Below are positions 63,880 to 64,000 of a stretch of 64,000 nucleotides of DNA, in pieces. Position 1 is the first letter of the stretch. Each line of letters begins with the position of its first letter. This DNA comes from Octopus sinensis (lineage: Eukaryota): positions 17,360,001-17,424,000 of the forward strand of contig NC_042999.1 of the NCBI RefSeq assembly GCF_006345805.1, in the 5' to 3' direction. The notes beneath the pieces were generated by a model, which had not been told where the DNA came from, did not search any database, and saw only the letters and a list, made by a program, of their open reading frames with translations. The position numbers were made by a program, and so were the translations under genes.

Positions 63880-64000
63880 TTTTTTACGATCCCTTTTTAT
63901 CGAAAACCTACCCCCCTCCTTATTTCTCTCCAAAAAGAAAAGCTCTACTTTGTAATTTGTCCCCTCTGTGTTCAGTCCTGTGTGGCTAATAAAGAAACAT
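63880..64000 (+). mobile_element. 3' UTR and tail of the same L1/Tx1-like family as 33660-34317
   Basis: TACGATCCCTTTT(TA)TCGAAAACCTACCCC...CTACTTTGTAATTTGTCCCCTCTGTGTTCAGTCCTGTGTGGCTAATAAAGAAA. Confidence 0.75.

Overview
This is AT-rich eukaryotic (animal) DNA, saturated with microsatellites and retroelement debris. The SINE families look like octopus ones to me, which is an inference from recall and not a database result. I found no host protein-coding gene I can support. Most entries in the ORF track are translations of (TA)n, (CA)n, (TATC)n or (TTA)n tracts. The recognisable coding DNA all belongs to transposons: several Penelope-like elements (PLEs; reverse transcriptase plus GIY-YIG, one with a 387-aa open frame at 6345-7508), two R4/Dong LINE pieces sitting at (TAA)n, RTE-, CR1- and L1/Tx1-type LINE 3' ends, a mariner remnant and a small non-autonomous Helitron. 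Three tRNA-headed SINE groups recur; I label them A, B and C. The main result is a 5.25-kb head-to-tail array (35952-41206) of eleven ~480-bp non-coding units. Each unit carries a canonical type I hammerhead ribozyme fold (AGGCCTG-CTGATGA-GTAC gtaa GTAT-GAA-ATCA ctg TGAT-A-CAGGTCT), so it is a candidate retrozyme or ribozyme satellite that could yield ~480-nt monomeric or circular RNAs. The window also holds PLE-type RT genes and at least six minimal hammerhead-like motifs in PLE-type terminal repeats. Two SINE/LINE partner pairs can be read directly from shared 3' tails. All ribozyme calls are manual folds; activity is untested.
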